From: Promethearchaeota archaeon | GTDB lineage: Archaea; Asgardarchaeota; Lokiarchaeia; Sigyniarchaeales; SOKP01 | Assembly (NCBI GenBank): GCA_048938005.1 | Contig: JBHLMQ010000003.1 | Coordinates: forward strand, 109,014 to 173,013 | DNA length: 64,000 nt | Direction of reading: 5' to 3' | Shown: piece by piece, positions 42,090 to 54,350 of the stretch | How the letters are laid out: the number at the start of each line of letters is the position of its first letter | Numbering within the stretch: the first letter of the stretch is position 1 | Position numbers and translations under genes: made by a program | Notes under the pieces: model-generated | Database searches by the model: none | Told to the model about the DNA's origin: nothing | The model's input: the letters and a program-made list of their open reading frames with translations, nothing else

Positions 42090-43346
42090 ATGTTACCCAC
42101 CCTATCTGAAGAATTCATATTTTATATTGATTTAGTTAGTAACTTTCTAAAAAAGAGACCTTTAACGAAAGCTATTAGTGCTTTTATTAGAGAAAAAGAT
42201 AAATTTAATGCGCTAACATCTTATGGGGTAGTAATATTCCAAAAAAATGAAAATCCTGTTAACATTTATGATTTAAAAGATTCGGACTCAGTTTTGAATA
42301 CTATCAATGATGCATGGGAAACTCGAGAAAATGAGAATAGTTATTTAGAAAATGGATTATACGAGATTCTAGCATATATTTTTAGAAAAAGCCGAAAAGC
42401 AAGAAAGCAGTATCGTGTAATAATATTTTCAGATACGCCAAGTAAATTGTCTGAGGATTATTACAATGCGCTTTATGATTTGCTAATTAAAGCTAAAAAA
42501 TTCTCAGCCTTTATTGATATTATCCGTATTGGAGATGAGAAATTTTATGAAGACGATGTGAAACTCAAAGTTATTGCAAGTGAAACTCATGGAGGTACAT
42601 TCTATTGCCCAAATGAAAAACTTCTCCAAAATATATTAGGGTCATTAATTCAAAATAAAAAAGAATTCAAGATTATAAAAGCTGATGAGATTGACCAAAT
42701 TTTCTATGAAGATAAAGTATTTTATGAACGTTTAGCAGTAGATCTCATCAGTCTCTCTCCAGAAGATCAAGAAATATGTGATATATGTGAACAAGAGCTA
42801 TGTCCTATTTGTGAAGCACATTCTGATGAAGTACATAAATGTTTTAATTGTGGTACTAAATTTCATAATTGTTGTGCTGCAAAATATTCCCTCGCAAAAA
42901 ATATTGGTTTTAGACACATATTTAGGTGCATACAGTGTGAAACTTTGTTAAAATTGGATGAGGAATTTGTTGATTTGATATATGAAGAAGAATTAGAAGA
43001 AGAATTACCTCAGATGGAATTACAAGAACCTATAGCAGAAGATATTGTAGAAGAAATAGAAGAGGCAAGTATAGAGGAAAAAGTAATTTCACCACCTAAT
43101 GAAGTCAAAAAAGTGAGACTTGGAGGATTCTTTGGGAAAGATATTACAATAGAAACAAAGAATATAAAAAAACCTACAATTAAAGAAATTTCAGAGCCAA
43201 CTGATTCACTAGAAAAACCCCTTTCTATAACTTCATTGAAACCACCAAGAAAAAAAGGTACTATATCAATAAAAGTCTGTAAAATATGTGGTGCAACTAT
43301 TCAAAATACTCAAAATTGTCCAACATGTGGAGCTAAAATAGATTAG
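42090..43346 (+). CDS. vWA-like domain + Cys/His-rich finger + C-terminal zinc ribbon; paralog 2
   Basis: Shares ENGL..I..YI, DTPS.LSEDY, FIDIIR, DDVKL, FHNCC, IFRC, VR.GGFFGK with the upstream gene. Confidence 0.7.
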   Translation: MLPTLSEEFIFYIDLVSNFLKKRPLTKAISAFIREKDKFNALTSYGVVIFQKNENPVNIYDLKDSDSVLNTINDAWETRENENSYLENGLYEILAYIFRKSRKARKQYRVIIFSDTPSKLSEDYYNALYDLLIKAKKFSAFIDIIRIGDEKFYEDDVKLKVIASETHGGTFYCPNEKLLQNILGSLIQNKKEFKIIKADEIDQIFYEDKVFYERLAVDLISLSPEDQEICDICEQELCPICEAHSDEVHKCFNCGTKFHNCCAAKYSLAKNIGFRHIFRCIQCETLLKLDEEFVDLIYEEELEEELPQMELQEPIAEDIVEEIEEASIEEKVISPPNEVKKVRLGGFFGKDITIETKNIKKPTIKEISEPTDSLEKPLSITSLKPPRKKGTISIKVCKICGATIQNTQNCPTCGAKID

Positions 43347-43359
43347 TTTCTTTAAAACT

Positions 43360-43908
43360 TTAAATTTTTAAATTTTCAACAAGAACTACTCCTGAAATAT
43401 TAGTTTCTTTTAACGCATTAAATTGTTTCCCCATTCTTTTAGCATATTCCTTTAGTAATCGTAGAATTTGATTAATTTTTTGTTTAGGAAATTCTAACAA
43501 GCTTAATTTAAATGTTCTATCAGAATTTTGTTGAACAAAATGAAGTTCATATATATGAAATGGTTTGTAATTAAATTTTCTTAATTTTATCTCTAACTTT
43601 TTGAATTCCGACCAGTAAATTAGAAATAATGGGGTTTTAGGTATTAATATCTCAATTTTTTCATTACATATTAAAAATTTTCTAATACCAGGATTTCTAG
43701 TTAAAATGTAAGAATAATACAAACCGAATATAAATACTATAATCAAGCTTGCACCGACACCGATTAAAGTTCCAGGAAATAAAAACATTAAATATATATT
43801 TAATGATGATAAAAGACCTATAAAAAGCAAACAGATTGAACAAGGTATTGAAATTTTATTGAATTTTTCCCCAGAAAAATCAACTATTTCAACTTTATCT
43901 GATTTCAT
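43360..43908 (-). CDS. Two-TM membrane protein with soluble C-terminal domain
   Basis: Two hydrophobic helices followed by a beta-rich region. Confidence 0.6.
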   Translation of the reverse strand: MKSDKVEIVDFSGEKFNKISIPCSICLLFIGLLSSLNIYLMFLFPGTLIGVGASLIIVFIFGLYYSYILTRNPGIRKFLICNEKIEILIPKTPLFLIYWSEFKKLEIKLRKFNYKPFHIYELHFVQQNSDRTFKLSLLEFPKQKINQILRLLKEYAKRMGKQFNALKETNISGVVLVENLKI

Positions 43909-44046
43909 TTACTTAAACTTAGATTAATCAATTTTACATTTAAATTTTAATAAAAATTTTTTTGAGATTTTAATTATTGTAGAATAAAGTAGTTTTAAAA
44001 ATCTAAATATAAAATTAAAAGTAAACAAAAAATTTTGATGATTTAA

Positions 44047-45387
44047 ATGTTTCTTAAAGAGGAATTAGAAGAATTTCGTAAAAATAGACCTAAATCGAGA
44101 GAAATTTGGCAAAAAGCACTTAAAGTTTTACCCGGCGGTATTTCTCATAATATCCGAACATTTGGTTTACCTTTACTAGGTGCTTTTCCAGTTTTTATTA
44201 ATTCAGCTAGTGGTCCATATCTTACAGATATTGATAACAACAAATATATTGATTGTTGGAATGGTCATTTTGCAATGATTCTAGGTCATAATCCTCCTGA
44301 AGTTCAGAAAGTTATCAAAAAATATTTAGCATATGGATGGCATTTTGGTACAAATACCGAATATCAAGTTGAATTAGCAGAACGTATTATAAAAGATAAT
44401 TCAGGGATTGAAAAAATTAGATTTTGTACAAGTGGAACAGAAGCTACTATGTATGCTATAAGATTAGCTCGAGCATTTACAAATAGAAAACTTGTAGCCA
44501 AAGCAGGACTTGGATGGCATGGAGCAAACGACACGCTTTCTTATGCTGTAGGGACATTGAATGGTACAATTTCTTCCCCTGGTCTCCCGACCCCAGAAGA
44601 AGCAGGAATTTTAACTTTTGAGATTAATAATGAAAGTACTTTCAATTTAATAAAAGATAATTATAAAAATTTAGCTGCAATAATTTTAGAACCTGTCTTA
44701 GGAGGTGGCGGTGGATTTCCAGTTGATATAGAATTTTTAAAAAGGTTAAGAGAAGAAACTGAGCAACATGATATACTACTTATTTTTGATGAAGTGATTA
44801 CGGGTTATCGCTTCAACAACTGTTTATTTCAGAATGATATTAAAATAACACCAGATTTAACTACAATGGGCAAAATTATCGGAGGGGGTATGCCTATAGG
44901 AGCAATCGGAGGAAGAAAAGAAATTATTGAGCAATCTAGTCCTGAAATCGAGAATCAAGTTTTAATTGGAGGAGGAACTTTTTCAGGATATCCACTTAGT
45001 ATGATTGCAGGATTAAAAACCTTAAATTTATTGAGAAATTCCCAACAGGATTATTATCGCATAAATCAGGAGGGTAATAAACTGCTTAATAGTCTCAACC
45101 AATTTTTTAGTGAAGAGAAATTACCAATTATTGCTAAGGGATTTAAATCTATAATTATGCTTCATGCACTTTTAAAATGGATTGAAAATCCTTCAATGCG
45201 GAAAATAATTGAATTCAAAGATAAAAAACGAGAAGCTCTAATCCAATTATCACTCTTTAATAGGAATGTGTCAGGTTTACACGGCTTAGGTTCAATTTCA
45301 ATGGCTCATACTCATGAAAACATTGTTAAAATAGAAGAGGTTGTTAAGGAAATAGGACCTCCAGTTGCTCAATCAAACTTTAATTAA
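44047..45387 (+). CDS. Class III PLP aminotransferase (glutamate-1-semialdehyde aminomutase-like)
   Basis: LPGGISHNIR, RFCTSGTEATM, IFDEVITGYR, PDLTTMGKIIGGGMPIGA, GTFSG. Confidence 0.85.
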   Translation: MFLKEELEEFRKNRPKSREIWQKALKVLPGGISHNIRTFGLPLLGAFPVFINSASGPYLTDIDNNKYIDCWNGHFAMILGHNPPEVQKVIKKYLAYGWHFGTNTEYQVELAERIIKDNSGIEKIRFCTSGTEATMYAIRLARAFTNRKLVAKAGLGWHGANDTLSYAVGTLNGTISSPGLPTPEEAGILTFEINNESTFNLIKDNYKNLAAIILEPVLGGGGGFPVDIEFLKRLREETEQHDILLIFDEVITGYRFNNCLFQNDIKITPDLTTMGKIIGGGMPIGAIGGRKEIIEQSSPEIENQVLIGGGTFSGYPLSMIAGLKTLNLLRNSQQDYYRINQEGNKLLNSLNQFFSEEKLPIIAKGFKSIIMLHALLKWIENPSMRKIIEFKDKKREALIQLSLFNRNVSGLHGLGSISMAHTHENIVKIEEVVKEIGPPVAQSNFN

Positions 45388-45463
45388 AATTACCATGTAA
45401 ATTTTAATCAATTAATTATCTAAAATTTAGTTTGAACTGAAATAATAAAGAGAAGTAATAAAT

Positions 45464-46492
45464 ATGAGTAAGAAATATACTGTTATTCAAGTAGGATTAG
45501 GTCCGATGGGGAAAATAATAACACATCTCCTTCTTGAACGTAAAAATTTATCACTAAAGGGAGTAATTGATATTGATCCTCAGCTTATAGGTAAAAAATT
45601 AAGCGAGATTCTTAATTTTGAGGATGAGATAGGTTTAGTTATTGAATCTAATTTAAAAACAGTGATTTCTAAAGAAAAAGTTGATGTTGTTATTATTGCT
45701 ACCTCCTCTGCTTTAGAAGAAATTACTCCAATAATTAAAGAAGCAATAAATTCAGGAAGTAATGTAATTTCCATATGTGAGGAATTATCTTACCCTTTCC
45801 AATATTTTCCTAAGCTTTCCGAAGAACTTCATCAACTAGCAGAATCTCACAATGTTACTGTAGTTGGAACAGGAATTAATCCTGGATATCTTATGGATCT
45901 ATTACCTATTGTTATTACAGCACCGTGCCAATCCTTAGAAGCAATTAAAGTTACAAGGATGATGAACTCAGCAAAAAGAAGAGAATCGTTTCAACGTAAG
46001 ATCGGAACAGGCTTATCATCAGAAGAATTTCGTCAGAAGATTCAGAAAAAAGAAATTACAGGGCATGTAGGATTAACTCAATCCATTCAAATGATAGTAG
46101 CAGCTTTAGGAATTGAATATGATGAAATTATGGAAATTCCTCCTAAAGAAATAATTGCTGAAAAAGAATTCACAACAACTTATGGTGAAAATATCCCGAA
46201 AGGATACGTTTGTGGCTTACAAAGTAAAGCTATTGCCAAGAAAAAAGGTAAGGTGATAATTCTATTAGATTTTGTAGCTTATGCTGGCGAACATGATGAA
46301 TTTGATAGTATAATAATCGAGGGTAATCCTAATATCCATCAAAAAATTATTGGAGGCGTTCATGGTGATTTGGGTACCGCTGCAATGGTTGTTAATTTAA
46401 TTCCTAATGTAATAGGTGCTGAATCTGGACTTTTAACTATGAAAGATCTATCTGTACCTTGCTACACTGCAAATATATGGAAAAATGAGTAA
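45464..46492 (+). CDS. 2,4-diaminopentanoate dehydrogenase-like NAD(P) oxidoreductase
   Basis: GLGPMG, NVISICEEL, GTGINPGYLMD, KIGTG, GHVGL, GGVHGD. Confidence 0.75.
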   Translation: MSKKYTVIQVGLGPMGKIITHLLLERKNLSLKGVIDIDPQLIGKKLSEILNFEDEIGLVIESNLKTVISKEKVDVVIIATSSALEEITPIIKEAINSGSNVISICEELSYPFQYFPKLSEELHQLAESHNVTVVGTGINPGYLMDLLPIVITAPCQSLEAIKVTRMMNSAKRRESFQRKIGTGLSSEEFRQKIQKKEITGHVGLTQSIQMIVAALGIEYDEIMEIPPKEIIAEKEFTTTYGENIPKGYVCGLQSKAIAKKKGKVIILLDFVAYAGEHDEFDSIIIEGNPNIHQKIIGGVHGDLGTAAMVVNLIPNVIGAESGLLTMKDLSVPCYTANIWKNE

Positions 46493-46518
46493 TAAAAAAA
46501 TATAAGAGAGTCTTCTTT

Positions 46519-47487
46519 TTAAGTCGCTATTACTGCATTAATCGGAAAGTATAGTATGATTGATAGAATTGCTGCCATTGGAAATGTTAAAAACCAGATT
46601 AGAACTATTTTCCACATACCTTTCTTAGTAGGAGTATGACTCGCTTTAGATAATCCCACAAGAGACGCCACTAGCATATGAGATCCAGATAAAGGAATTC
46701 CTAGGGCCGTACCAACGAATAATATCGCAGCTGTAGGAATTTGGGCGGCAAAAGCGGTACTTGGATACAGCTCAGTGATTCTTCCAACACTTTTAATAAC
46801 TCCTCGACCTAAAACTATTAATCCTCCTGCTAAACTTAAACCAGTTATTAAAAGAAGAAGATTTATTTGGAATTCTCCAACTCCAACAACTATTCCTACC
46901 GCATTCGAACAATCATTTCCTGATCTCGAGAACGCAGTGATACAAATAATTATTAGAACTATATAAGTGAAGATTTTCTCAGTTTTTTCTAAGCTCTGAA
47001 ATCCATTTAAGTGTTTAACTTTATATAGATGCATAAGCTTAAAAACAATAAATGAGACAACATAGCCAATAATCGGAGATAAAATCCACCAAATGCCCAA
47101 TTCAAGAATTTTAAACCAATCAAGACTAGCATTAAGAGCTATCCCAAGACCTATAACAGCACCGATTGTTGCGTGAGTAGTTGATATTGGTAATCCTAAG
47201 GAAGATGATAATATCAACCAGATAGCAGATGATATTAAAATAGTTATTACAATTGCATTAGTAAGATACAATGGTGGAAATATGCCTTTGCCTACCGTTT
47301 TACTTACAGCTTCCCCCAATATAAGGGCTCCTGTTATTGCGAAAATTGTAGCTAAGATTAAAATGTATTTCATATTTAGAATTCTCGAACCATAGACTCC
47401 AGCAAAAGTCTCGTCATTCGCACCTATTCCAAATGCGATAATAATTGCTATAACTAAAAATATCGTCAAAATAATTGGAAATGCCAT
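46519..47487 (-). CDS. PiT-family inorganic phosphate transporter
   Basis: GIGAND, LPISTTHA, SGNDCSNAVG, GIPLSGSH. Confidence 0.88.
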   Translation of the reverse strand: MAFPIILTIFLVIAIIIAFGIGANDETFAGVYGSRILNMKYILILATIFAITGALILGEAVSKTVGKGIFPPLYLTNAIVITILISSAIWLILSSSLGLPISTTHATIGAVIGLGIALNASLDWFKILELGIWWILSPIIGYVVSFIVFKLMHLYKVKHLNGFQSLEKTEKIFTYIVLIIICITAFSRSGNDCSNAVGIVVGVGEFQINLLLLITGLSLAGGLIVLGRGVIKSVGRITELYPSTAFAAQIPTAAILFVGTALGIPLSGSHMLVASLVGLSKASHTPTKKGMWKIVLIWFLTFPMAAILSIILYFPINAVIAT

Positions 47488-47502
47488 TTCAATCGCCTTT
47501 AA

Positions 47503-48165
47503 TTATTTACTTGGATATTTCACAATTAAGCTTCTTAGAAAATCGCTAATCTCTTCAGCCCTTACAATCATATCAAATATTTTTATGCATATTTTAGATG
47601 TTAGATATACTCGAAGTGACTTTTCTTCTGGTTTTTTATAAATCACTTCTAGGACTTTATATTTTGCTTCACGAGCACTTCGTTTTAGCTTTTCGATATA
47701 AAAACTTTTTTGGTAAGCAGTTTTAAAATCTGTTTCCATAAGATTTACCATATCCACTAAAGTATCAATAGTTTCTTGATACAAGTCGTTTATTGTTTTC
47801 ATCTCTGTTTTAATGTCATCAAACAGTTTAAAGGGATAAACTTTCAGACCCATTGCTAGTTCCTCTGAACTATCTGAAACAATATCTAAATATTTAATTA
47901 ACCTATAACGATCTTCGACTAGAAAAGGGAGAGCCCGTTGATCTCTATAAAGTAAATCAATATATTTTTCTTTAGCACGATCTGCTTTATGTTCACATTG
48001 CATCACTTCATCTAATTTTTTCTTATCTAACTTTCCATTTACCAGATCATTAATACAATCATGTAGTAATAATGAACCGTTTAAAACTTCACTATTAAAT
48101 TCGCTTGCTGCATTTAATAATTGATTTCTTTTATCACTTTTTAATTTCAATTTCATTAGTCTCAC
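47503..48165 (-). CDS. DUF47 (PhoU-like) phosphate transport regulator
   Basis: EHKAD, LPFLVEDR, AEEISD; directly upstream of the PiT gene. Confidence 0.82.
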   Translation of the reverse strand: MRLMKLKLKSDKRNQLLNAASEFNSEVLNGSLLLHDCINDLVNGKLDKKKLDEVMQCEHKADRAKEKYIDLLYRDQRALPFLVEDRYRLIKYLDIVSDSSEELAMGLKVYPFKLFDDIKTEMKTINDLYQETIDTLVDMVNLMETDFKTAYQKSFYIEKLKRSAREAKYKVLEVIYKKPEEKSLRVYLTSKICIKIFDMIVRAEEISDFLRSLIVKYPSK

Positions 48166-48330
48166 ATCAAGAATGTTTTAATTATTTAACTAATAGGACC
48201 TAATAGTCACACATATCATTTATTTCTTAAAAAAAATTTCTATTTTTGTTTTAGTAATAAAGAAATTCAAATTCAAAAAAATATTATAATTAATTAAAAT
48301 AATAATATTTCAAATGCAGTAAAACTTTTC

Positions 48331-48891
48331 TTGCCGTTTCTAGAAATAAGTTTAAATGATTTAGCTTTTGACCCAAAAGTACAGACATATTGTGTAAAAC
48401 CTAATTTTAGATGTCCTAGTTATGGTCATTCATGGGCTTGTCCACCAGAGGCTCCATATTTGGAACATGAAGTATCAAAATATAAACAATTTTATCTTAT
48501 TTTTGTTAAATACAATTTAAGAAGTTATATAGAGAAAGAAAAAGAAAAACATCCAAAAAGAAACGAAAATAGCATAAGAAATGCTTTTTTTATGAAAAAC
48601 CTATTACGAGATAAGTTAGAACAAGAAATTGAATCATTTATTAATGAAAATCAAAACCTCTATGACGAAAAACTTATTTTATGGGATGGATTTTGTAGAT
48701 TATGTTTTAATGAAAAAGATAAGGGATGTACTTATGATGCTGGTGATCCTTGTCGCTATCCAGATAAAAAGAGGTATTCTATGGAAGCAGTAGGAATTGA
48801 TGTAACTCAAACTGTAAAAAATTTAAATTTTAATTTAGAATGGCCTCCTAATAAATATGTTTATCGTTTTGGTCTAGCATGCTTTAAATAA
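48331..48891 (+). CDS. DUF2284-family metal-binding protein
   Basis: CPSYGHSWACPP, CRLC, CRYP...SMEAVGIDV. Confidence 0.8.
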   Translation: MPFLEISLNDLAFDPKVQTYCVKPNFRCPSYGHSWACPPEAPYLEHEVSKYKQFYLIFVKYNLRSYIEKEKEKHPKRNENSIRNAFFMKNLLRDKLEQEIESFINENQNLYDEKLILWDGFCRLCFNEKDKGCTYDAGDPCRYPDKKRYSMEAVGIDVTQTVKNLNFNLEWPPNKYVYRFGLACFK

Positions 48892-48909
48892 ATAGTAAAA
48901 GTAAGGAGA

Positions 48910-50242
<1,333 letters not shown>

Positions 50243-50429
50243 ATCTCATATTACTTTTGATAGTTTTGTATAATCTAATTCATAATTTAATCCAAAAAAG
50301 ATTATTCTATACAGTTTAAAAAATTTTTGGTAGATAAGACTGTAAAAAATAGATATATAAATATAGATTTTCTTGTAAGTCATAATCTATTTTTAATATT
50401 TCTTACTAAAAGCCTTCATCGTTGTTGAT

Positions 50430-51347
50430 ATGCTTAAAAAAAATGTTGTAATTGATTTAACTCATAATGAAATGTTAAATATTGATGATGAAGAATTCAA
50501 GGAATTCCTTGGCCTCCTTAAGAGATTGGATCTAAAGATAAAAAAGAATGAGGATGAACATATAACAAAAGAAGCTTTAGAGAATATTGATCTTTTAATC
50601 ATTGGTAATCCTATTGATGATTTCTTTTCAAGCTTAGAAATCAAACATATTGTTGATCATGTAAGAAGTGGAGGTGGCTTATTATTATTGAGTGAATATG
50701 GGGCCGATTATCTTCAAAAAACTAATTTAAATGATATTGCTGGAAGATTTGGTATATTTTTCGAGAAAAACATAATAAAAGAGATTAATAGTGCCAATCA
50801 AAACTGTACAAGCATTTTACACATTCAGGATTTTTTAAAGCATGAGATAACAAAAAATATAAGAGAAATCATAATTGGTGGAGCTTGTTCCTTACTTCTA
50901 AATAAAGAAGTAAGACCATTATTACAAACGAATGATCATTCTATTTGGTCGGAAGTTTATAATAATACATCCGAGAAATGGACAAAAGAAGACGAGAAAC
51001 AACAAATTGTTGCAGCATATACAGAATTTGGCCAAGGGAAAGTCGTAGCTATTGGAGATATCGACATTTTTACTACGAATTCAAGAATAGGCATAAATTC
51101 ATTGGATAATCGAAAATTTATACAAAATCTTATTAATTGGTTAATAGAACCTGTTCGGGAATCTAAAGTCATGGAATTTATCCTTAGTCAATTAGGTGAA
51201 CTACAATATGAAATAAGAGAAACTAATAAGGTACTTAATAACATTATAGAAACAATGACAATTTTAGAAAAAAGAATCAGTTATTTAGAAGAGAAGTCTA
51301 AAGTATCTGCCCAACCAGCAGATACAGAAAATAGTTTTGAAAATTAG
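50430..51347 (+). CDS. DUF4350/GldG/IFT52 (GIFT)-like domain protein with C-terminal coiled coil
   Basis: IDLTHNE, DLLIIGNP...F...E...I..HVRSGGGLLLL, GQGKVVAIGD..IF, DN..FIQNLINWL. Confidence 0.7.
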   Translation: MLKKNVVIDLTHNEMLNIDDEEFKEFLGLLKRLDLKIKKNEDEHITKEALENIDLLIIGNPIDDFFSSLEIKHIVDHVRSGGGLLLLSEYGADYLQKTNLNDIAGRFGIFFEKNIIKEINSANQNCTSILHIQDFLKHEITKNIREIIIGGACSLLLNKEVRPLLQTNDHSIWSEVYNNTSEKWTKEDEKQQIVAAYTEFGQGKVVAIGDIDIFTTNSRIGINSLDNRKFIQNLINWLIEPVRESKVMEFILSQLGELQYEIRETNKVLNNIIETMTILEKRISYLEEKSKVSAQPADTENSFEN

Positions 51348-51489
51348 TTTTTTAATGTGATCTATTCTAAAATATTCGAGAAAAATCTAAAGAACTTTTT
51401 TTTATTATAATTAAGTATTAAAAATTTTGAAGTTTATAAACATTAAATCATATTATCATCAATTAAATTATTTCAAAAGAGGTAATAAA

Positions 51490-52935
51490 ATGCCTTTAAA
51501 AACACCAGAACAATACCTTGAATCTATCAAAAGACCTGTAAATTTGTATATGTTTGGAGAGAAAGTAAAAGAATTTTGGAACCACCCTATTATAAGACCT
51601 TCAATTAATACTGTAATGAAGATTTATGAATTAGCTCAAATGGAGGAGTATAAAGAGATTATGACTGCAAAATCTCATTTAACAGGTGAATTAATTAATA
51701 GATTCACCCATATTCATCAATCCGTAGATGATTTAATTAAAAAAGTAAAAATGCAGAGATTACTTGGACAAAAAACTGCCTGTTGTTTTCAAAGATGTGT
51801 AGGTTTTGACACTGCAAACGCTTTATACAGTGTAACATATGAAATGGATAAAAAAAACAATACTAATTATCATGAACGTTTTAAGAAATATTGGATCGAC
51901 GTTCAAACCCAAGATCTAATGGTAGATGGCGCAATGACGGATACTAAGGGAGACAGAAGTAAAAGACCTAAAGATCAACCTGATCCAGATGCATATCTGC
52001 ATATAATTGACGAAAGTGACGATGGTATTATAGTTCGAGGTGCTAAAGTTCATCAAACAGGATTTCTTAACTCTCATAAGGCAATTGTTATGCCCACTCT
52101 CACATTAAGACCAGGTGAAGAGGAATATGCAATTAGTTTTGGAATTGAGACAAATGCGGCTGGAATAACCCTAATATATGGAAGACAATCATGTGATACA
52201 AGAAAATTGGAAAACGAGAAACTGGATATTGGAAATTTTAAGTATGGTGGTCAAGAAATTTTTGTTGTTTTCGACAATGTCTTTATTCCTAATGAGAATA
52301 TTTTTATGAAGGGTGAAATCGAATTCTCTCGAGAATTGGTTAATCGTTTTGCTGGATTTCATCGGCAATCTTATGGAGGATGCAAAGTGGGGGTTGGAGA
52401 TGTACTTATAGGAGCTACAGCTCTGATTTCTGAATATAACGGTACTCAAAACGCATCTCATGTTAAAGATAAACTTGTTGAAATGACACATTTAAATGAG
52501 ACTTTATATAGCTGTGGTATAGCTTGCAGCTCATTAGGTTTTCAAAGAGAAGCAGGCAATTATGAAATGGATATGTTACTAGCTAATGTATGTAAACAAA
52601 ATGTCACTCGGTTTCCTTACGAAATAGGAAGATTGGCTGAAGATTTGGCAGGAGGGATGATTTGTACTATGCCCTCTGAAGCTGATATTAAATCAAAAGA
52701 GATAGGATCGCTAATTGAAAAATATTTAACTACATGTGAGGGAGTCTGCGCTGAGGATCGCTTTAAAGTATTACGTTTTATTGAGAATTTAACAATGGGG
52801 GTTGCATCTGTTAGCTATCGAACCGAATCCATGCATGGGGCAGGCTCACCTGCTACTCAAAGAATTATGATAGCAAGACAAGCAAATCTGGAAGAAAAGA
52901 AAAAACTAGTAAAAGAGATTCTGGATATTGAATAA
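51490..52935 (+). CDS. abfD: 4-hydroxybutyryl-CoA dehydratase (AbfD/HpaB family)
   Basis: TACCFQRCVG, GAMTDTKGDRS, VRGAKVHQTG, HRQSYGGCK, ESMHGAGSP; GAGGT SD before ATG 51490. Confidence 0.82.
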   Translation: MPLKTPEQYLESIKRPVNLYMFGEKVKEFWNHPIIRPSINTVMKIYELAQMEEYKEIMTAKSHLTGELINRFTHIHQSVDDLIKKVKMQRLLGQKTACCFQRCVGFDTANALYSVTYEMDKKNNTNYHERFKKYWIDVQTQDLMVDGAMTDTKGDRSKRPKDQPDPDAYLHIIDESDDGIIVRGAKVHQTGFLNSHKAIVMPTLTLRPGEEEYAISFGIETNAAGITLIYGRQSCDTRKLENEKLDIGNFKYGGQEIFVVFDNVFIPNENIFMKGEIEFSRELVNRFAGFHRQSYGGCKVGVGDVLIGATALISEYNGTQNASHVKDKLVEMTHLNETLYSCGIACSSLGFQREAGNYEMDMLLANVCKQNVTRFPYEIGRLAEDLAGGMICTMPSEADIKSKEIGSLIEKYLTTCEGVCAEDRFKVLRFIENLTMGVASVSYRTESMHGAGSPATQRIMIARQANLEEKKKLVKEILDIE

Positions 52936-52970
52936 TTGTTTTAGGGAATATAAAAAAAAAAAGAAGATAT

Positions 52971-54200
52971 TTATTTATCTTTCTTAATTTCGACTTTAAT
53001 TAAATTATAAACTCTTGTTCCTAGTCCAATTTCCTCAGCTGCTTTTAATTGCAGCTGCCAATGTTTTGATTCTTTTCCATCTGGATTCATATCCATCTCA
53101 CCTGATTCAGGATCAAAACGAGGGGTATGAGAAAACCATTCAAAAGGTCCTTTTGATGGAATATTTTTAACCTCAGAGAGAATTGAATGTGGATTGATTG
53201 AAGATTTATGTATGAGATCTACAGTTGCTTGATCTAATGCAACAGGATCTAAAGAAGCTAAAATCCCTATATCTGGAACAAACGGAACGTCTGAACCTCC
53301 TGTACAATCACATTGATATGTGATATCTATAGCATAATTAAGATAAAAGATTTTATCTTTTCCAAAATAGTCAACTACTCCTTTGGCATTATCTACAAAT
53401 CCATTAATAAAATCCTCTCTTGTAGATGATCCTGCTCCAATCACCCCTTTATCACATATAGATCTACACATATAGCAATAACGGCACTTATCCCAATCCT
53501 TTTTAAGAACTTTATTAACTGTTTTACTTAAAGCACCAGTTGGACAAACTTTTATACATTTATCACAATCTTCAACACATTTATCTAAATCATAATCAAA
53601 TTTTGTGCCCAGATGAGCTCGGATTTTTTGGCCTTTTGCCACAGAACCAATACCTAAGTTTTTCAAAGCACCTCCAAAGCCAGCTCCAGCGTGTCCTTTA
53701 AAATGGGATGCTAATATTATATAATCAAATTCTCTTAAACGTCCAGCAACAAGAATTTCATCAAATCTCTTTCCATCAATTTTTTGAACGTTATAATCAA
53801 TACCATAAGGCCCATCCAACATAATAATAGGCGTACCCATTGTTTCTCCCGTAAAACCATGTAATAATGCAACTTTTAAATATTCTTCTTCATTTGCCCT
53901 TCCAGAATATTCAGTATGAATTCCTGAAATGTTCTCAGGCAATCCCCAACCACAAGATTCTGCTACTGAAGGAACTCCTCCTATATCTTTAACGTAATCG
54001 CATAAAAATCGTATATAACTTGGACGGAGATATCTTGTATTTTCTAAAGCTCCAAAATGTGTTTTAATTACTACTTTTTCCCCACTTTTAATTCTCTGCT
54101 TAATTCCAAGCTTCTCTAGAGCTAAAGGACCCTTAAACTTGCTCATACTCTGTTCATGAGAGTGAGTTCGAGCTGTAAAATAAAATACATCTGACGTCAT
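52971..54200 (-). CDS. DUF362-family Fe-S protein
   Basis: IKTHFG, SHFKGH..AGFGGALKNLGIG, inserted ferredoxin, CDC, DIGILASLDPVALDQA. Confidence 0.85.
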   Translation of the reverse strand: MTSDVFYFTARTHSHEQSMSKFKGPLALEKLGIKQRIKSGEKVVIKTHFGALENTRYLRPSYIRFLCDYVKDIGGVPSVAESCGWGLPENISGIHTEYSGRANEEEYLKVALLHGFTGETMGTPIIMLDGPYGIDYNVQKIDGKRFDEILVAGRLREFDYIILASHFKGHAGAGFGGALKNLGIGSVAKGQKIRAHLGTKFDYDLDKCVEDCDKCIKVCPTGALSKTVNKVLKKDWDKCRYCYMCRSICDKGVIGAGSSTREDFINGFVDNAKGVVDYFGKDKIFYLNYAIDITYQCDCTGGSDVPFVPDIGILASLDPVALDQATVDLIHKSSINPHSILSEVKNIPSKGPFEWFSHTPRFDPESGEMDMNPDGKESKHWQLQLKAAEEIGLGTRVYNLIKVEIKKDK

Positions 54201-54350
54201 TTCCCTTAAATGTTAAAAAGTCCTATTTAATTCGTACAAATATTAAGAGTTTTAAAGTTAACTCAAAAAATATTTTAAAACTAATTAATTCTATTAATAT
54301 AATATATCAACACAATAATGACTCTGAATAAAAAATAGGATGGTATTATA

